NCBI GenBank assembly: GCA_964454175.1
Contig: CAYVSA010000015.1
Span: 1-15,649 of the forward strand
DNA length: 15,649 bases
Source of the DNA: an uncultured Pseudomonadota bacterium
GTDB taxonomy: Bacteria > BMS3Abin14
Direction of reading: 5' to 3'
In this document: positions 10,838 to 15,649 of the stretch, piece by piece
Layout of the letters: every line of letters starts with the position of its first letter
How positions within the stretch are numbered: position 1 is the first letter of the stretch
Position numbers and translations under genes: made by a program
Notes under the pieces: generated by a model
The model's database searches: none
The model's input: only the letters and a program-made list of their open reading frames with translations
Told to the model about the DNA's origin: nothing

Positions 10838-11851
10838 ATGATCATTGTTCTGAAGCCTGGTTCCGGCCAGAAAGACATCGATTACATCAGCGAGAAATTA
10901 AGCAGGATGGGCCTGAAGATCCACCTCTCCCGGGGGGAGGAAAGAACTATCATCGGCGCCATTGGCGACGAGCGGGTTCTGAGGGAGGCATCCCTGGCTG
11001 CCTATCCCGCAGTGGAAAAGGTTCTGCCCATCCTGAAGCCTTTCAAGCTGGCTAGCAGAGATTTCCAGCGCGGGAACACTGTAATTGAGATTGGAGATGT
11101 GAAGATCGGGAGCGAGGGGATCATTGTGATGGCAGGACCCTGCAGCGTGGAGGACCTGGACAGTCTTCTTACTGTAGCCGCAATGGTCAAGGAGCAGGGA
11201 GGCACTTTCCTCAGAGGAGGGGCCTTCAAACCGCGATCATCTCCCTATTCGTTCCAGGGCCTGGGGGAAGAAGGGCTGAAGTTCCTTGGAAAAGCGAAGG
11301 AGAAAACGGGGCTCCTGATAATTACGGAATTGATGGATCCCAGGGATGCTGAACTTGTTTACAAATACGCAGACGTTATTCAGATCGGCGCCCGCAACAT
11401 GTCCAATTTCTCCTTGCTCAAGGAAGTTGGAAAGTTTGACAAACCTGTCCTCCTTAAGAGGGGTCTTTCTGCCACCGTCAAAGAACTCCTCATGTCGGCG
11501 GAATACATCCTGGACGAGGGCAACTCCGAAGTGATCCTCTGTGAGCGGGGCGTGCGCACCTTTGAGACAGAGACCAGAAATACCCTGGATCTCTCAGCCA
11601 TACCTCTGATCAAGTCGATGAGCCACCTCCCGGTAATTGTAGATCCAAGCCACGCTGTCGGCAGGGCGGACCTGGTGCCGCCGATGGCCCTGGCAGCTGT
11701 GGCAGCCGGGGCCGATGGCCTGCTCATAGAAGTTCATCAGAATCCGGCAGAGGCACTTTGCGATGGCCCTCAATCTCTCGATCTTGACGCGTTCAGGGAT
11801 CTGATGGTGAAACTGAAGGCTATTTCCAATGTACTGGGACGCGATCTGTGA
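10838..11851 (+). CDS. aroF: 3-deoxy-7-phosphoheptulonate (DAHP) synthase, type I-beta with N-terminal ferredoxin-like regulatory domain
   Basis: N-terminal MIIVLK...IIGAIGD domain, AGPCSVE, RGGAFKPRSSPYSFQG, QIGARNM, LLKRG, CERG, DPSH, EVH, CDG. Confidence 0.96.
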   Translation: MIIVLKPGSGQKDIDYISEKLSRMGLKIHLSRGEERTIIGAIGDERVLREASLAAYPAVEKVLPILKPFKLASRDFQRGNTVIEIGDVKIGSEGIIVMAGPCSVEDLDSLLTVAAMVKEQGGTFLRGGAFKPRSSPYSFQGLGEEGLKFLGKAKEKTGLLIITELMDPRDAELVYKYADVIQIGARNMSNFSLLKEVGKFDKPVLLKRGLSATVKELLMSAEYILDEGNSEVILCERGVRTFETETRNTLDLSAIPLIKSMSHLPVIVDPSHAVGRADLVPPMALAAVAAGADGLLIEVHQNPAEALCDGPQSLDLDAFRDLMVKLKAISNVLGRDL

Positions 11852-12732
11852 GCAAACCGGTTCCCGATCAGTGCTCGGACCCCGTCGGCCCTCTTTTCGA
11901 TAAGGTCTATCTCCTGGGTACCGGGTTAATAGGCGGGTCGCTGGCCCTTGATCTCGCTGAGACCGGTACAGCACGAACCGTTGTGGGTTCGGACGCTGAT
12001 CCGGAAGCACTCGAGCAGGCCCTCGAACTGAAAATTATTGCTGATCACGTACCGTTTACGCCGGAAGGGATCGCTTCCTGTGATCTTGTGATCCTCGCTG
12101 TACCGGTCCTGCAGCTAAAACAATTGATCAGATCCGGGTTCCCTGAGGGGACGCTCGTCACAGACGTGGGCAGTGTAAAAAAGCCCCTTGTTGAAGAGTT
12201 CAGGGACCACATTCAGGCCGGGGGTTCGTATCGCTTTGTTGGCGGTCATCCCATAGCCGGTGATGAAAAGTCGGGTCCTGCCGCCGCCAGACCCGGTCTT
12301 TTCAAGGGTGCAAAGGTCATCCTGATCCGGACAGGCGACAATGATGATGACATTGAGACGATCTCATCAATGTGGACGAAGATCGGGTCCGATGTCCAGA
12401 CAATGTCTCCGGAGCGCCACGATGCCATTTTCGGATGGGTCAGCCACCTCCCTCACATGGCTGCATTTGCGATCGTGGATGCGGTTCTGAAAAAAGACGA
12501 AGCGTGGATAGATTTTTCAGGCGGCGGGTTAAGGGATTACACGCGTATTGCAGCGAGCAGCCCCTCGATGTGGGCGGACATTGCCGTGTCTAACAAACAG
12601 TACCTACTCGCGGCCATGGAAGAGTTAAATATCAGTCTTGGGAGGATAGAGGAACTCATAAGGTCGGGCAGCCGGGATGAACTACTGGCCCATTTTACGG
12701 AAATAGCGTCTGTGAGGCGGAGGATGAAATGA
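11848..12732 (+). CDS. tyrA: Prephenate/arogenate dehydrogenase (TyrA family)
   Basis: Rossmann GTGLIGGS, TDVGSVK, GGHPIAG, HD...SHLPH, GGLRDYTRIAAS. GTG start overlaps the aroF stop (GTGA). No C-terminal ACT domain evident. Confidence 0.93.
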   Translation: MSKPVPDQCSDPVGPLFDKVYLLGTGLIGGSLALDLAETGTARTVVGSDADPEALEQALELKIIADHVPFTPEGIASCDLVILAVPVLQLKQLIRSGFPEGTLVTDVGSVKKPLVEEFRDHIQAGGSYRFVGGHPIAGDEKSGPAAARPGLFKGAKVILIRTGDNDDDIETISSMWTKIGSDVQTMSPERHDAIFGWVSHLPHMAAFAIVDAVLKKDEAWIDFSGGGLRDYTRIAASSPSMWADIAVSNKQYLLAAMEELNISLGRIEELIRSGSRDELLAHFTEIASVRRRMK

Positions 12733-14045
12733 GCTGGAAAATCCTTCCCAGCGGACCACTGAAGGGGACTATCGAGGTCCCCGGCGACAAATCAATTACC
12801 CACCGGGGCTACATCCTGGGTGCCCTTGCACACGGTACTACAGTCATAAAGGATCCCTTGAGAGCACAAGATACAGACGCAACCCTCAACGCCATTGCCT
12901 CCCTGGGGGTCGAGGTCGATATCAGGGATGACCATGTCGAGTTCAGAGGCAGCGGGCAGGGAGGTTTTACAGAGCCGGATAGTGTCCTCGATCTTGGAAA
13001 CGCTGGAACGGGAGTTCGGCTCATGGCAGGTCTGCTGGCCGGGTGCCCGTTTTATACGACCTTGACTGGAGACCGGTCTTTAAGGTCCAGGCCCATGGGA
13101 AGGGTCGTTGATCCATTGAGGGAAATGGGTGCTGTTATCGATGGCAGGAATAAAGGCAGCCTGCTGCCGCTGGGTATCAGGGGGGGAAGCCTGAAAGGAA
13201 TTAAATACACCTCAGAGGTCGCCAGCGCCCAGGTAAAATCATGTGTCCTCATTGCATCCCTTTCGGGTGAGGGGGAAACCAGGTACACAGAACCTGCCCT
13301 CAGCAGGGATCACACGGAAAGGCTCATGCGGTACATGGGGGTTTTACTTGAGAGGACAAACAATACCCTTGCGTTGGCGGGAGGCCAGCCGCTCGGTGGG
13401 CGGGACCTGACCGTGCCCGGCGATATATCTTCCGCTGCTTTTTTTCTCGTGGCTGCAACTGTTCTGGATGGTTCGTCGATAACATTGAAGAGGGTTGGGG
13501 TCAACCCGACGCGTACCGGACTTCTTGTTCTGCTGCAGGCCATGGGAGCGGACGTGTCTGTGGATGATATCCAGGATGAGGGCCCGGAGCCGGTGGCTGA
13601 TATCACTGTGAAGGGTGGAGGAGACCTGACTGGAATAGACGTTCCGGAAGAGTGGATACCCAGCATTATTGATGAACTGCCCCTGGTGGCTGTTACAGCA
13701 GCCGCTGCCAGGGGGAAAACTGTCATCAGGGGAGCGAGGGAACTCAGGGTAAAGGAGTCGGACCGTATTGCCACGACGGTGAAAATGCTTGAACTGGCTG
13801 GAGTTGCAGTGACCGAGGCTCCTGATGGATTCGTTGTTGAAGGCGGTACCGGTATAAGAAACGCTCATTATACCAGCTACTCTGACCATCGTATTGCTAT
13901 GGCATCAGCTGTTCTTGCAATGATGGCTGACTCGTCCAGTACAGTGGATGACACAGATTGCGTTGCGACCTCCTTTCCTGATTTTGTCCAGAGGATGAAC
14001 TCACTGGCGCCGGGGAGTATAACACTGCCTGGCGATGAGGCATGA
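12729..14045 (+). CDS. aroA: EPSP synthase, class II-type
   Basis: PGDKSITHR, GNAGT, RPM, SAQVKS, RDHTE, NPTR, ELRVKESDR, DHRIAM. ATGA overlap with tyrA. Confidence 0.97.
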   Translation: MSWKILPSGPLKGTIEVPGDKSITHRGYILGALAHGTTVIKDPLRAQDTDATLNAIASLGVEVDIRDDHVEFRGSGQGGFTEPDSVLDLGNAGTGVRLMAGLLAGCPFYTTLTGDRSLRSRPMGRVVDPLREMGAVIDGRNKGSLLPLGIRGGSLKGIKYTSEVASAQVKSCVLIASLSGEGETRYTEPALSRDHTERLMRYMGVLLERTNNTLALAGGQPLGGRDLTVPGDISSAAFFLVAATVLDGSSITLKRVGVNPTRTGLLVLLQAMGADVSVDDIQDEGPEPVADITVKGGGDLTGIDVPEEWIPSIIDELPLVAVTAAAARGKTVIRGARELRVKESDRIATTVKMLELAGVAVTEAPDGFVVEGGTGIRNAHYTSYSDHRIAMASAVLAMMADSSSTVDDTDCVATSFPDFVQRMNSLAPGSITLPGDEA

Positions 14046-14716
14046 TGAAGCCGATTGTCGCAATCGACGGCCCTTCCGGTGCCGGGAAAAGTACACTTGC
14101 CCGTGCCCTCGCCAAACGCCTCGGCTATATCCACCTCGACACTGGAGCGATGTACAGGGCGGTAGCCCTGGCTGCTGTAAATAAAGCAGTGGCTCTCGAC
14201 GATGCGAAGGGCCTTGATGCCCTGTGCGCGGGTCTGCGGATAGAGTTCAGGGAAGAAAACGGCAGACAGGTCGTGTTCCTTGACGGAGAAGACGTCACCG
14301 AAAAGATCAGGACATCGGAAATATCAGAGGCCTCCTCAGATGTTTCGGCTGTGAGCGCGGTAAGGGTGCACATGGTAAGGCTCCAGAGGGAGATAGGAGC
14401 ACAGGGCGGCGTGGTTGCCGAGGGCAGGGATGTTGGAACGGTTGTTTTCCCTGACACCCCGGCAAAATTCTACCTTGATGCCAGCGCCAGTGAGCGCGCG
14501 CGAAGAAGATATGAGGAACTTCTTTCTGAAAATTCAGCTGAAACCCTTGAGAACGTATATGCGGACATGGAAAAAAGAGACAGGAACGACTCCCAGAGAG
14601 ACGATTCTCCTCTCAAAATGGCACCTGACGCAGTGAGGGTCGACACGACCGGCATGACAGTCGAAGAGGTAGTTGGACGGGTTGCCGGCCTTGTGAGAGA
14701 TCTGGAGAGCAAGTGA
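14042..14716 (+). CDS. cmk: Cytidylate kinase
   Basis: AIDGPSGAGKST P-loop, LDTGAMYRA, EGRDVGTVVFP, RDRNDS. ATGA overlap with aroA; the start could be the second ATG at 14045. Confidence 0.97.
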   Translation: MMKPIVAIDGPSGAGKSTLARALAKRLGYIHLDTGAMYRAVALAAVNKAVALDDAKGLDALCAGLRIEFREENGRQVVFLDGEDVTEKIRTSEISEASSDVSAVSAVRVHMVRLQREIGAQGGVVAEGRDVGTVVFPDTPAKFYLDASASERARRRYEELLSENSAETLENVYADMEKRDRNDSQRDDSPLKMAPDAVRVDTTGMTVEEVVGRVAGLVRDLESK

Positions 14717-15559
14717 ATGGCTGAGGTAAGGCTCGCCCCCTATGCCGGATTCTGTTTTGGAGTGGAAAGGGCAGTTGAGATGGCCGAAACAGCTATAAAA
14801 AATGGTCCTGGGCCGGTTTATACACTGGGTCCGATAATTCACAATCCTCTTGTAGTTGAAAATCTCCGAGAAAAGGGTCTACTGATGGCGGAAACGCTGG
14901 AGGAGGTTGAAGCCGGTACGGTGATCATCCGATCTCACGGAGCTCCGAAAGGGGTCATATACCGGGCGGAACAAAAAGGTCTCAACGTTGTCGACGCGAC
15001 ATGCCCTCTGGTGAACAGGCTCAGGGACAGGGTGGTTGAACTTGCAGACGATGGGTACAAGGTGGTGATCGTCGGTGACGCAGATCATCCTGAAGTCGAA
15101 GCGATACGAAGCTTTGCAGAAGACCAGTGTATAGTTGCAAGGAACTGCTCTGAACTTCCAGACAGGAAGGAACTGACAGGGCGGGCAGGTCTGGTGGCCC
15201 AGACCACACAGTCTCTTAATAACCTTCAGGCGGTGGCCTCTGTCCTGGTGGGCCTTTGCGGCGAGGTCAAGGTTTTCCAGACCACCTGCCATTCGACTAA
15301 CGCGAGGAGCGACGAGGCACGCAGGATGGCTGTAGATGTCGATATCATGCTGGTTGTCGGCGGTAAAAACAGTGCAAACACGAGGCGCCTGGCCGATGCC
15401 GCCAGAGAAGAAGGAGCAAGGACATACCACATAGAGAGCGCGGACGAACTGGCCGGACTGGATTTGCCTGAAGGCGCTGTCTTCGGGGTTACAGCAGGGG
15501 CTTCCACGCCGGGTTGGGTTATTGGGGAGGTAGTAGCGGTACTGGAGAAACTCCCATGA
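14717..15559 (+). CDS. ispH: 4-hydroxy-3-methylbut-2-enyl diphosphate reductase
   Basis: AGFCFGVERA, IIHNP, IRSHG, DATCPLV, HPEV, AQTT, third Cys in TTCHST, SANT, TAGASTP. All three Fe-S cysteines present. Confidence 0.96.
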   Translation: MAEVRLAPYAGFCFGVERAVEMAETAIKNGPGPVYTLGPIIHNPLVVENLREKGLLMAETLEEVEAGTVIIRSHGAPKGVIYRAEQKGLNVVDATCPLVNRLRDRVVELADDGYKVVIVGDADHPEVEAIRSFAEDQCIVARNCSELPDRKELTGRAGLVAQTTQSLNNLQAVASVLVGLCGEVKVFQTTCHSTNARSDEARRMAVDVDIMLVVGGKNSANTRRLADAAREEGARTYHIESADELAGLDLPEGAVFGVTAGASTPGWVIGEVVAVLEKLP

Positions 15560-15606
15560 TATGCGGCTTCAATAAGGGGTCATCTGCTTCGTTATCGGAC
15601 CTCAAG

Positions 15607-15649
15607 AACCAACGTCCAATGTCCAAGGTCCAACGTCCAATGTCCAAGG
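15607..15649 (+). repeat. 7-bp tandem repeat GTCCAAN with a 21-bp higher-order period, truncated by the window end
   Basis: aaccaac-gtccaat-gtccaag-gtccaac-gtccaat-gtccaag-g. Confidence 0.92.

Overview
Housekeeping window with every gene on the + strand. Gene order and protein character suggest a Deltaproteobacteria/Desulfobacterota-like bacterium (inference). A REC-PilZ response regulator is followed by a sigma70-type promoter and a tightly packed gene run: guaB-guaA-dnaE-accA-pheA(PDT only)-hisC-aroF-tyrA-aroA-cmk-ispH. I see no tRNA, rRNA, CRISPR array, transposase or intein. The unexplained signal is almost all intergenic: (1) a 159-bp pheA-hisC spacer made of 8-mer tandem repeats (including a canonical G-quadruplex motif) and YTTGGAC 7-mer repeats; (2) the reverse-complement heptamer array (GTCCAAN, 21-bp super-period) after ispH, running off the window edge; (3) a structured guaB leader with a terminator-like hairpin downstream of the promoter; (4) a guaB-guaA spacer with four overlapping complementary segments. 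The aromatic cluster has no chorismate mutase domain. None of this proves a new system; the repeat arrays and the two gua-associated RNA candidates are the best leads.
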